This document shows positions 25,801 to 38,369 of a stretch of DNA of 64,000 bases, piece by piece. The translations under genes were made by a program, and so were the position numbers. Location of the stretch: positions 11,607,175-11,671,174 of the forward strand of contig MU056000.1 of assembly GCA_013239625.1 (NCBI GenBank). The letters run 5' to 3'. Under the pieces are notes generated by a model, which had not been told where the DNA came from, searched no databases, and saw only the letters and a list, made by a program, of their open reading frames with translations. The number at the start of each line of letters is the position of its first letter. Within the stretch, counting starts at the first letter, position 1. This stretch comes from Lama guanicoe (lineage: Eukaryota).

Positions 25801-26873
25801 TTACACAATCATTAGTTTGTATCTCAAACACAGCAATACACTTAGGGGCAGGATTCATAGTTAACAATAGTAGATGAAAATTCACATTTCTAATAATCTG
25901 TTAATCATTTCCAAGTTTTTGGCTGACGTTTTTGTCAGCTCTGACTAGATTTGTCACTTTTTTTCTAGAAACATGGCAGCACTAGCACCAGGAATGCCAA
26001 CTGAGCCACATTCTTATTGTTTGATTAAGTTTGCATTATTACAATTGCCTTCAATCTAAGGTTTCTTTGCAGGAATATTTCTCAGCTTCTTGTCAGTTAC
26101 GTGACAGTAAAGTGGAGTTTAAACCAAGCATTGTAATCTGCAACATCAAATCCACAGGGCCTCGGTAACTGCGATATGTCATATTAAGCAGAAATGCAAC
26201 TCCAGTGAGGATGCTGCTGCCAACCGCTCCTTCTTTGGAACACTGCTGATAGCATATTCATGACCATCTGACGTTTGAACTGAGCCCTGGGCCCAAAAGC
26301 CAACTTGGATATTAAACATCAGTAAAGCGGCTGTCGTGTGGATTGAGGATAATATATGTAACTGTCCTAGAACTGGGATGACACGGGGTTCAAGTTCAAT
26401 AAATCTTATCATTATCATATCCTAAATCCCTCAGTGCTGTAAAGAGCCCCTCAAACCACCCCCTGCCAGGTGGCTTTTAAAGTATGGAATCACTCCCCAG
26501 TAAAGCCTGCAGTGAAGAATCCAGCCCCCAGCCAGCCATCCAGGGGTGGATTAGGAGCTTGCAAAAGTAGCCGAGACATTCAGAGTGCTTCATCCACGGA
26601 CACCTCTCAGCTGGGGCTCCCTGGCTGTCTGTAAGTCCTCATGGATTGCTGCTTCATTACACTGTCAAAGGGCTCCATGCCCAGAAATCCAGAGTACATG
26701 GTCTGATTATAAGGAAATCTAGCTACGTTTGCCCTGTGAAGGATAGAAAAGTTACCTAAATAAGTCATAAGAAATTTAGTACAAATTACTTTCAGGTTCA
26801 GTCGTCACACACCAGGAGGCCTGTGAGGTAACCTGCACATTTCACTTTTCTCCATGAAAAGAAAGACGCAACA

Positions 26874-26935
26874 CCAGAAACTGACACAAAATTGTAAACT
26901 GACTATACTTCAATAAAAAAAATGCAAAAAAATAA
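26874..26935 (+). mobile_element. Extremely 5'-truncated L1 (~60 bp including A-tail)
   Basis: Sequence ccagaaactgacacaaaattgtaaactgactatacttcaataaaaaaa. TSD aaagac[g/a]caaca at 26862-26873 and 26936-26947. Confidence 0.85.
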
Positions 26936-28434
26936 AAAGACACAACAAAGACACACTGTCCCTGGAATCTGTACGTACTATGTCAACGTGATAAGAGTCT
27001 CCTCCTCGAGATTGCAAGAAAATCATTCTTTGCAAATCTCTAGAAAGTGATCAGAATATGTGTTCACTGTAAGAAAATTCAAATGAATCTCTTTTAACTA
27101 TTTTAGTTGAGTTTGGCTTTCTTAAATAACATCACTCCAGCTAACAGTTATTGTGCAAATTAAATACTGCAACCTGGTGCAGTCAAGGAGAAATTGTTAA
27201 TGAAAGAATAAAAGAGCCATCATTTTAACATAAAGCATGGATGGTTTTAAGTTGAGCAGTGGGTGGAAGGGGCACATAGGGCTCAGTTGACATCTAAAGA
27301 AAGGAGAATAGAGAATTAAGATAAATCTTTTTCTCATCTGCACAGTGCTCACCAAATCCATGAAGTCCTGTGCCAATAATGTGCCTTATAAATATTGCTA
27401 ATTAACAGCTAAATCTTTTACAGGAAAACGTTGGCAGGTAGACTAATTTTTAACACATGAATTACTTTGTACTTTATTTCAAATTATAATATTTTGCAGC
27501 TAGAATTAAACTTAAGTTCTTAATTGCAAAGCCTCCATTTGATATTCTTCAGATTGTTATAACAGCTACTTTTTAATGCCCTGCAGAGACATTTTATAAG
27601 TAATAACTAAGCGCTTATTTAAAGAATGAAAAGTCTTAGCGTTTATATGGTGGTCTTATGTTTCCTCTGGACCTCTCTTTGGTCCTAAATATTTGGTTTC
27701 AAATATTTCCAAATGTCTTGTGTAGTGGGACATGTAGAATTAAGATTCTAATTGCAGAGGTAAGATTTCAATAAGTACTGACATTAAATCAATTCACCCC
27801 ATCAACTGCTCACTGTGATACAATTCAGTGTTTGTTCTAACTTTAAGATACAGTATCTTCAAAAGTCCTGCCTTGGTTAGCATCTGCTTTTAGTAGGCTT
27901 AGACATTTTATAAGGAGTCAAATTAACAACTTGATTACAGCACTAAAAATTGAGGGAATATTTTTGAAGGGTTGTAAATCTTTAATAACAATGTAAATCT
28001 ACCTACTTACATCATCTCAGCTCAGTATGAAAAAATAAAAAGCATCTCCCACGGTTCTTCCAAAGTCAATGGTGGAGATAATTAAAGTCATAAATAATTA
28101 AATAATTAGATAATTAAAGTAGCCTGTCTAGAGTAACTAGTTAAACGTTCAGGCTTCACCAGGTATGGCGGAAATCCCAAGGATGGCAGGAATTAATGGC
28201 TGTGTGCAGTCGGGGGGCTGAGTAGTCAATTAACACGTGTCAAGGAGTCCCAACTCATTCTAGATTATATTCATTGTTGGGATTCAGGAACAGAACAGAG
28301 ATGGTTGAAACTCTTCAATATCCTGCCTTTCTTTCGAAGCAGTGTGGAGCCATGTAACTAAGTGGTCAACAAGAAGTGAGTGACCAGATGTCTGCCCCAC
28401 CAGGGCTGGCTGTAAAATCATCTGATGTGATCCT

Positions 28435-28453
28435 GTCTCTGTCTCTGTCTCTG

Positions 28454-28483
<30 letters not shown>
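28435..28483. repeat. (GTCTCT)n/(CT)n microsatellite
   Basis: Read directly; it explains the ETETET, RDRDRD and RQRQRQ ORFs. Confidence 0.95.
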
Positions 28484-28484
<1 letters not shown>

Positions 28485-28530
28485 TCCTTTTTCTCTGGCT
28501 CCTGGAGGCCCCATGTTGCAAATGGTTTAC

Positions 28531-28689
28531 CTCCAAGACAGAAGGCATTTGATCCATACTGGACTGGAACATGAGGGAGCTTCTCTTTGGGTTCAGTGAG
28601 TGACGTCACTGAGATGTTGGAGGTTGACCCCCACAGCTTAACCTCCTTCGACTGATACAAGGCCGGTCTGAGCAGGTCTGGTGAAGTGT
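28531..28689 (-). CDS. Coding exon (D)TSPDLLRPALYQSKEVKLWGSTSNISVTSLTEPKEKLPHVPVQYGSNAFCLG(G)
   Basis: Acceptor ttccgctgtgttgacccag|AC, donor GAG|gtaaac. 159 nt, phase 1-1; only this frame is open. Confidence 0.7.
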
Positions 28690-28829
28690 CTGGGTCAACA
28701 CAGCGGAAGTTTATTTGCACGTCTAGCCAGACTTCTGTCATTGCTCCGCAGAGGAGAGAGACTGTTCTGATTGTGGCGAGCCATCTACTTTGCAGACTCC
28801 TACTCTGACCCAGCGTCTAGACCCATGTC

Positions 28830-29215
28830 TCATGCAGCGTGGGAGAGGGGAGGGGGAAGGAAACGCTATGCGCCAAATACTCTCAGTTTGGCCCTCCACA
28901 TCTCAATTCTGTCTTTTTCTGGCTGCTTCTTTATGAAACCATCACATTAGCTCCCCTGCCCTCTGGCTTCCAGTTGGATGGGGCAATGGGAGGAGCCTGT
29001 AGGAGATCGGAGGGAGGGAGCCGAGTGAAGCTGAGGTATCTGCTCTTCCTGCTCCCTCCCTACCTGACCATGAACACGGCATTCTTCTAACCTCAGTTCA
29101 TCCTCTTCCACAGCTACAAGCTCTGAGCAGACAGTGTCCAGGAACCTTCCACCTGCCCCTTCACACCCTGCCTGCCTACCAGCTCCTGTGGGCTCCCTCG
29201 ATCCTGCTCACACCA
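28830..29215. mobile_element. Old ERVL LTR (LTR16/LTR33-like)
   Basis: The block gccctctggcttccagttggatggggcaatgggaggagcctgtaggagatcggaggg resembles these families. Confidence 0.5.
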
Positions 29216-32200
29216 CCCACAAATCTATCAAGTGATCTGTCTATTTCTTACCAGGGCTGATGCAGGCAATGTGTAATTTAAAAGGTTAAAACTATCTTTA
29301 CTGAAATGACTGAAAGACACCAAGACACAAGGCGGCATTATCGGGGGAGTGCGACTGAACAGAGAAAGTGAGGTGTTCCCCCTGTTCTGACCCAAGGTAC
29401 AGGGCAGCTGGGCCATTTGCAGGCTCCCAGAAACCCACTGACACATCAGAGCTCTCGTGAGTGAGCTCGCAGCCTCCCCCTGCCGGGCTGGAGGGACCCA
29501 CAGGGACCTCGCCAGCCTCCAGGCAGCTCAAATGTGGGCTCAAGGGACTGCGGCTGGGTACTCCAGGGCAGCTTTGCAAATTGCTGAACAACTATTAACT
29601 TCCAAGGGATATTCAAGCCCATTGAAATGACCCCTGGAGTACCCAAGGATATTCGGGGAAAAGTTTGAAGTTGTTCAGGGTCCCTCTATAGGGAGGAGAA
29701 GCAAGAACCAGAAAAACAGAATTTAATGCTCTTGATGTGACTACCTTCGTAATTCTAGATGGACGTGACCTGGGGAAATAACCTTTCTTAGAGAAGGTGG
29801 TGTGGGGAAAAGTCTCAGAGTGTAGAAATGACCTAACAAATGAAAGAACCTCCTTGGAAATAGCCTCCTTGGGAGGAATTTTACGGGCTACTAGTCAAGT
29901 ACTAAAGAGTGTGTGTGTGTGCGCATGTGTGTGTGCGTGTGTAAAAACACTACTTTAAATGCATCTTTCAAAGTCCATAAGAAAACCGATTCAACAGTCC
30001 AGAATTTAGGGGAAAAAAATGCGAGCAAGCGTGGCCATCTGTTCATGCGACTTAACTCAAAAAACACCAATTCCAGTTGAATATTTAAACCTTAGACATT
30101 CACGTACTTTGTCCTCCTGTGTCTAGTTTTCATTTTCCAAAGTGTCTCTTTTATTTTCTATGTAAGACCACTCCCCTTTCAACATTTATATTTATGCAAA
30201 GAAGTCCCATTAACCCCTGATTAGTAAGGGGTGATGGAAAGACAAGCTTACAGCTGAATCTCTCTAAGCGTAACATCACATTCAGCCCCTTTTGTGGTAA
30301 CCTAGGGCTTATCAACTGTTCACCACAGTTCATGCAGTTGGTGTAACTGACAGGCAATTGATGGGAGCTGGCTGCTGCTCACCCTGGCACCTCACTTGCA
30401 TTCATTTCTGAAAAGCAAGACATTTTACAAATAAAAGAACCTACCACAGACCATCCAAAGCCATTTATAGGTATTTAGAGTTGTGGCATGGCTAGGAATG
30501 TTTTCTATCATCTTCACACAATTCCAGTGTTTTTTGGTTATATTTTCTTGGCATGGCTCAGGAAACATTTTTCTAGCATAGAGTCATGCCCCTTATTTTT
30601 TCTAGAAAGCAAAGTACCAGAACAATTTTTAAAGTCACAGTTTATGAATGGAAAACAAATTTCTTTATTTTTTAAGGCAAGTGTTTTATATGAAATAGCT
30701 ATGCTAAATTTTACTTTCTTTAATATAAAGACATCCAAAGAAAGATATTTAACATATTTACTTTAGGGTCATTCTACATTCTCATTATACCTTAAGTAAA
30801 TCATTTTTCAAACAACTTGCTGGCTCAGCAATACTTTATTTCTATAGTGAGTTTCAGCAATTCCAGAAAAGACTTTATAAACGGTAGCTGTGGAACTAAG
30901 ACATTTCTAATACCCTTCTTGAGTTTGTCTTCAGCTGTTTCGATAGAGAAATAGTAATTTCCAACTGACATTTTTTTCCAATAAGCTACACAATTCTTTT
31001 GTTTGAGGCCATTTTATGCCACCTGTCCCAATTCACTTTTATCTTTACACGGCAGTGAGAATATGTTACCAGAGTGAGGAATGCCTTTCAAGGACCAAAA
31101 GAAAAATAAGTCAAAATGAAAAGAGAGTGTGCAGCCAAATTTGTGTTATGGAATACAAAGGGGTAAAATTTCCATGTCCCCCCTTTTTTAGTATTTCAAG
31201 ATATGTTTCCTAGGAAATTAGTAAAGACAAAATATTTTATCAGTTATGGAGGAAATGATAAAACATTTATTGCCCCTAAGATTTTCTCTAACTGCATTAT
31301 GTAAATATAAGTAAAATCTCACTTTAATAAATTTAATAACTATATCCAGGTTCAGTTTTGGAAATTTGGTCTATCTCTCTGATAATAATTCATATTAACT
31401 GCTGTGCTGATGGAAACACCATAAATTTTAGGTGATAAGCACACTCATATAAGCGTGTTCATATTTTTCTTAACCACTTATTAAGCATTGGTCCATGTTT
31501 CTAATCAATAAACATCATGAGCTCTTCAAAAAGACTGTGTACAGACCTTGAACTTGAATACTCCTGTGATGCTAAATACACTCACAAATTAGGATATTGT
31601 GATACAAAATACTGTGCTGACGCTATTTGGGCAATATAAATAAAGTTTTGTTGTTTTGCAAACTTCTGTAGAGCTGTGGAATAATTACAGAACAAAGTCA
31701 GTGTGAGGTGCTACTCAAGGGAGAACAAATCACTCTTTGGAAAATAAAATATCCTTGGTTCTGGTTAAAGAAAAAAATCTGATGATGATGACATACACGA
31801 AAAGGGTAGATATAAAAAGGCCAAAGGCAACAGCAATCGCATAGATGGAAACAGCTAAGAAAGCATTTTAAACAAAGTCAGATGCTCAAAATGTACTTCT
31901 AACTTGTGTTACACACACTGAGGTAGAAGGAGTCATCACCACGTGCAAATCAACCCAGCATCACTGCTGGAGATCCAGCCATAAGCTGACAGTCTAACTC
32001 CAGATGTGTTTATATAGTAGGCACCACTTTTTCCACTCTCACTGAAATTGGTTCACTTCCTAAATCTTTCTCCACCTGCCAAATTCATTGTAATCCATAT
32101 GCCTGGTGTTAATTTACTAGGCAAATATGATTGGATGGGATCCTTCATTTGAAAAGATGAACTAATGATAAATATCTACTATGCATGACTTTAAATACAC

Positions 32201-33651
32201 AAGTTAAAGCCAGCAGTACCTAACTACCCCATTTAAGGACAGCCTAAAGAAGTACACAGAAGGCAGGGCTAACCTAATACAAATGTACATGAAATATTAA
32301 GGCAAGTGCTACAACAGTTAAACATAATTCTCAAAAAAAAATTTTCCTAATCCTAATGGCAATAACTCCTTATTAGTTTGTACAGAAGAAAGCAAACAAT
32401 TATCATGAAAGAAATGGCAGGCAATAATGTAGTTGGTTCATAAGCGGTAACATAATCCCATTAGAATTTCCTTATATGGAGAAATGGAAGCAGAAAATAG
32501 TAAATTACAATGTATTACTTATGATTTTCTAGATGGCAAGAGATAGATTTTGGAAATATTTTCAATTTTGAAATATAATAAATATACAAAATTGTAACTA
32601 TGCAAAGACAAAGGTGAAAAAGATTTGGACCTTAATAATAGAAAGAAAAGAAAAAATACAATTTAAAATAAACTATATTATCAGCAAAGCAGTGTGAAGA
32701 ACTAGGGGGAAAATAAGGAATAAAAAGGCAGTGGATTGATAGAACCTAGATATGAATTCCCATCCTGGAATCATGAATGAATCACCCCAACCCCAGTGGG
32801 GCTCAGTTTCTTCCCACTGAACTTGGTGATCTCTTGGATCCTTCCCAGCTCAACTATTCTAGGAACACTGCCATTTCACAAAGGATAGCTTAAATAGGAA
32901 GATCATTTTACTTTGTGTTTAGGAACCGGAATACATGTCTTATCTGTTTTTTCTCTAAATATCTACTCGGTTCTATCTTCTGCCAACTTCTGATGTGAAA
33001 TATTGAACAGTGGTGATGTGGCAGCATTTGAAAGGGAGACAGAATGATCAAGTCACAGATGCTCTGAAATAAAGTTCACCCCAGTGGAAAGAACAGAAAA
33101 GAAAAGCAGAGACAAAGCCACTGACTGCCGCCTGAAAGTGTAGTTCAGAGCTGGCTACAGAGGATTCCTTTCATCCCTGATCCAAGACCCCAGTGCAGGA
33201 GCTCAAAGCATCTCCAACTGTGGCTGAGGAGGCTGCCCAGGTGATGCAGGAGAATGTGGCACGGCAGTGCTTCCTCTTACCTATAAGGCAGATCATCTGC
33301 TATGTTCAGAACCAAGTATAACATGACTTATTCTCATGGTGTTTAAATGGCCTAAGGGCAAAGATAAGGAGAGAAATAATTCTATAGCTGAGAAGGAAGG
33401 AGACGGTACAAAGAATAATGAGCACTGGTCTGAATATGTTCCTTTTGGTCCAATCTTATCCGCCTCAGACCAGTCATGTTTGTCCTGCCAGTCCAACTTA
33501 GTACCTACATCTGGGCTCCATTCCTTGCTGGTCTAGAAGCTTCCACCGTGCATCTATCTTTGGCTTCTTCTTCCTTAACATGGCCCTCATAACTCCCCTA
33601 TAGTGTCTGGATTGCCAGAACCAATGACATATTAACGATAGAAAGTTTGTA

Positions 33652-33857
33652 CAGGTGTCTCTGATATCTGCAGGAGATTGGTTCCAGGACCAAAACCTGC
33701 GGATGGTCAAGTCCCACAGTCTGCCCTCTGAATCTGAGGTTCTGCATCTGTTCATTCAACCAAACTCAGATGTGTAGTACTGTAATATTTATTGAAAAAA
33801 TTCATGTATAAGTGGATGCATGCTGTTCAAATCTGTGTTGTTCAAGGGTCAGCAGTG
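33652..33857. mobile_element. MER2-like TcMar-Tigger element
   Basis: Contains gattggttccaggacc and gtataagtggatgcatgctgttcaaatctgtgttgttcaagggtca. Confidence 0.8.
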
Positions 33858-34484
33858 CATGGAAATTTAGTTGTGTAAGGAGAGCTCTTTACAAGCAAGG
33901 TACTAAGGTATGGAAGAAGTTTCAGTAACAGGCAAATAAGGGGTTGTATTTGGATATGGATGATTTATATTTAAAGTGTCAGAGAACAAGATAGTGTAGA
34001 GTGTTAGCCTGGAGACCAAAAATAAAAGAGTTGATATTTTATTAAAGGAATCCAAAGAAAATTTTAGAAGACTTCTTGGAAGCCACAGAAGTATAAAAGA
34101 AGCAATGCCTGATAAAAACTAGAAGCAGAAAATAACAAGGAAAAAAAATCCTTAGATGAAAAATCAATAGGAACAGACAGAAACACAACTGCCTGGCATA
34201 GACATAAAGACAAATAATTGCAAGAAAATAATAAAACGTAACAAGCAAATCAAAATTCACATTGGAGTAGGCAACTGACATTAACACAGACATAGGAAGA
34301 CATACAAATAATCAAAGACATATGGAAGAAGACCTTCCTGCACTTAATAAAGCAGAGTAAAATTATAAGATGTCTCTTAGATACACACTAGAAAAATCTT
34401 TGAAACAAAGGGATGAGGAAATACCCTCAAGTGATCCAGTGAAAAAACTAACACACAAACAAAAACCAAACTACAGACCTATTC

Positions 34485-34962
34485 TGTGGAAAATAGAAAG
34501 GATGCCCACCATTATCTACTCCTCCCGTTATCCATGCCTTTTGCAATGCATTTGCATTTTGCAGTTCCTCCAATTAAGAGGTGGAGCCTGTTTCTTCATT
34601 CCTTGAATTTGATCTGGTTCTGTCACTTGCTTTTGCCAACAAATGTGTCAGAAATAGCTGTGCACCAGTTCCAAGGTTTTTTGGAACCCTACCATTTGAA
34701 CAGGCAATCTAGCCTACTGAAGGCGAACCCAGTTGCCCTAGCCCAGCCCATCAGAGCTCAGCCAGCCTGCCAATGCCCAAAATGTAAGAAGCCTTGACTA
34801 AGATCAGCAGAACCATTTCTGACTGTATAAGCATGAGAGAATCCAGCCAAGACCAGAAGACCACACAGACTGCCAAAGACTAATAAACAATAACAAAGGA
34901 TTATTGTTGTAAGCCACTGAGCTCTAGAGTTTTTTGTTACACAGCACTAGCTAACTAGTTTA
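34485..34962 (+). mobile_element. MLT1-family MaLR LTR
   Basis: Contains cttttgcaatgcatttgca...aagaggtggagcctg; ends taagccactgag...tgttacacagcactagctaact. Confidence 0.8.
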
Positions 34963-35934
34963 CCTAAATAGGAGCAAAAAACTGTCACATGCACACAGAC
35001 ACACACAGAGATGTGTATGCACAAATACATATTTGTAAAAATATGAATAATGTTGAAATATTTGAAATGCCTCTAAAAGAAATAAAACTATACTCCAACA
35101 GACAACCAGGTAAAGAACTTATTTTAGACAATTGACAGAAAAAATACAAATGACTAATAAGTATCACTCTATGCAACTCCATAGATGAAAGAAACAAAAA
35201 GAAAAACAAAGAAATGCCATTTTTCCTATATTAAATTGACAACAAAATTTAAAACTCATAAGGCTATCTGCTGAAGTTGGCATGGGAGGGAACCCCTCAA
35301 ACATACTCCTGATGAGAATGTAAAATGGCACAGCCATTCCTATAACCAATCTCATATTATATTTTGAGCCTGAAAAATGCTCATGCTTATATTTCTGTAC
35401 ATGTAGTTTTTCATTTTAAAACATTTAATAAACAGAAAAATCGGCACCAAAAAATCCTCATGCTCTTTCACTTATTAATTCTACATCTCAGACATTATTT
35501 TAACAAAATATTTATAAATATGAACAAAATTCGGTAACACAAGAATTTCAACAGTAAAGAAATGACTAACTAAATTCTGATACAGCCTTATAATTAAAAA
35601 TTATGTAGCCATTACAAAAACCACATGTAAAGAATAGTTACCAAAATGAGATAACATAACAATATAAAGAGGAAAATGCAATACTAAGTTTTAGGTATTT
35701 AAAGCATGACTAAAATTTAATAAAATTACATATGTGTGTATATTTAAGACTAGAAAGAAACACAAAATCATGCTAAGTAATCTTTGTACCCACAGGATTA
35801 TTATTATGGGTGACATTACACACACAGACAAAGTTTTCAAATTCCCTACACCAGCATACATTAATTTTATAAATACAACCAATAAGTTCATTTTTTTCAA
35901 CAATTAGTTATATAGCAACCTATTAGTTATATAG

Positions 35935-36313
35935 TACCCATCAATAAATGAATGGATAAAGAGGAGGGGAGTAGGGGGAGGGAGAGCTGGATGAAGACAG
36001 TCAAAAGGTACAAACTTTCCATCATGAAATAAATAAGTACTAGAGGTGTAATGTACAACATGATAAATATAATAACGCTGCTGCACGTTATATATGCAAG
36101 TTGTTAAGAGAGTAAATCCTTAGTTGTCATCATAAGAGAATTTTTTTCTCCATTTTTAAAATTTTGTATCTCTATGAGATGATGGATGCCCACCAAACCT
36201 ACTGCGGTGATCAGTTCATAATGCATGTAAGTCAAATCATTGCACTGAACACCTTAAACTCATGCTGTGCTGTATGTCAGTTATATGTCAGTAGTACCAG
36301 AAGGAAAAAAAAA
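35935..36313 (+). mobile_element. L1 3'-end fragment, next to older L1ME-like sequence at ~35050-35900
   Basis: Contains aaaaggtacaaacttt...gtacaacatgataaatataat...accttaaact, then an A-tail. attagttata(ta)g recurs on both sides. Confidence 0.8.
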
Positions 36314-38070
36314 ATTAGTTATAGCTTCGGATGAATTTTTGAAGTCAATTCCTGGCACAGTACATTTTATAATCTTTCCATGGGTCACTACACATTGGCA
36401 CAGTATATAAACTTAGTGGCTTTGGCTCTTTTACCAAATCAGGAGACTATAAATTCAGAATGACGTTGTTAAATGCTGATGTGATCAGAAATAAACAGAA
36501 AGAGATCCAAAAGGGATGTCTGCTGGGACACTTCAGAGGATACACTAATGACACAATGCAACACAGAGAGCAAGTGCAGGTGTGTATGAAACAGATCTAG
36601 CAGTTAGTGGACCAGAAACTGAATGAACGTGAATTAGAAAGCTGTGCGTAAAATCAAGTACATTACTGAGACCTACATTGACCAATGAGAATGAGGAATG
36701 AGGTTATTCCCTCCCTACCTTACTGGCCATGTATAGTCTTTTATGAACATCATCTACAGTTTTTGGATCCACAATTTTAAAAGAAAGGTTCAAAGGAAAA
36801 CATTATAAATAATATTAACTCTTTAGAAATGAGATCTTGTAGCCCAAAGGGAATGCTATTGAAAAGTTTAAAAGTCTTAGGATAGATGAAAAGTAATTAT
36901 CACACAGCTGTGTGGAGACATGGAGACCAGTGATCAAATGGTCTCCATGTCTCCTGAGAAAGTGCCCCAAAAAAGTATGAGTGAGTCATGTGATAGTCAT
37001 CTCCCCTCCCTCCCACCCCTTGCCTCCAACTACACATATATTTAAAGCTACAGTTTCCTCAGAGCAAAGATGTGAAAAAAAAAAAAAAAAAAGAATAAAG
37101 GAGGGGAGGAAAGGAGAGAGAGAGGTGTGGTGGGGAGGGGGAGGGGAGAGAAAAGAAAGGAAAGAGGTGGAACAAACTTTGAAAGATCTTCAGCAGGAAA
37201 ATAAGTGCCTCTCTAAAAGGACAGAGAGAAGGTAGACCTGGAATTGAATTCTAGCCGGCCCCATCTCTTACTATGCCTCAGTTTCTCACCTGTACATTAA
37301 GGAGGATGATAAATGAAATATGATCTTTAAAAATTCAGGGAGAATATGACAGCAGTTAGACAAATGCTATGTTTGCATAAATGGTGTCCCAGAATAAGGA
37401 AAAGCAAATAGCTCACATATATAGATAAATACAGACATACATACATACATACAGATAAATAATACAAGAAAATGTTTAGAAATAAAAGAAACAGATTAAA
37501 AGTACACACTGGCTATCAGAAAAAAAAATCATATGTAACAATAGACATGAAGTTAGTGGATTTCAATGATAAAGAAAAATCCTTTGGGCATCCAGATAGG
37601 ATAAAGGGATAAATTTATGTTGAAGGAAAAGACATGAGCTAACCTTGGCTTCTCCCCGGAAACATTTCATATTAAGACATGGCAGAAGGCCTCCAAAGTC
37701 CCTAGGCAAAGAAAGCCAAGAGACAATTAAAACACTTCAGCAAAATGCCTAGTAGTGACCACTGACTGCATTTAAACAAGGAATAAGAATTAAAGCCCCC
37801 ATGAGAACTGGGGCTACAGAATAGAAGGGAAACGGTGTAGAGAATGTAGAAACGAGGTAACTAACAAAACGAACAGAGCGGACAGAAGAGGAGCTAAGAG
37901 GTGGAGGGATGTGCTGGCTGACTCATGGGTACTGCTTAAAAGACAATAATTACTAAGTATAACAATGAAGCCAGAGTTACAAAGGTTATCACTAAAGCAG
38001 TTATGACATAACAGGCAAGAATTTTCCAAATAACAGGAAAAAAAAGTACAATTAAACTGAGACCATGTAA

Positions 38071-38369
38071 CAATAAATTAGCAGGAAAAGAAAGTAAAGA
38101 AACAATCCTTTTTAAAATCACATCCAAAGCAAAAAAATACTTGGGAATAAATCTGACCAAGGAGGTGAAAGACTTATACATGGAGAACTACAAAACACTG
38201 ATTAAGGAAATTAAGGATGACTTAAAGAAATGGAAAGATATCCCATGCTACTGGATTGGAAGAATCAATATTGTTAAAATGGTCACACTGCCCAAGGCAA
38301 TCTACAGGTTTAATGCGATCCCTATCGAATTACCCAGGACATTTTTCACAGAACTAGAACAAATAATCC
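38071..38369 (+). mobile_element. Young internal L1 ORF2 fragment with TSD and no tail, inside older L1 debris (~37340-39990)
   Basis: Stop-free [24 protein letters not shown]...[10 protein letters not shown]...[10 protein letters not shown]. Direct repeats taaactgagaccat[g/a]taa at 38053-38070 and 38370-38387. Confidence 0.9.

Noticed and set aside
28284..28572. ORFs with ET, RD and RQ dipeptide runs
   Set aside because: These are translations of the (GTCTCT)n microsatellite.
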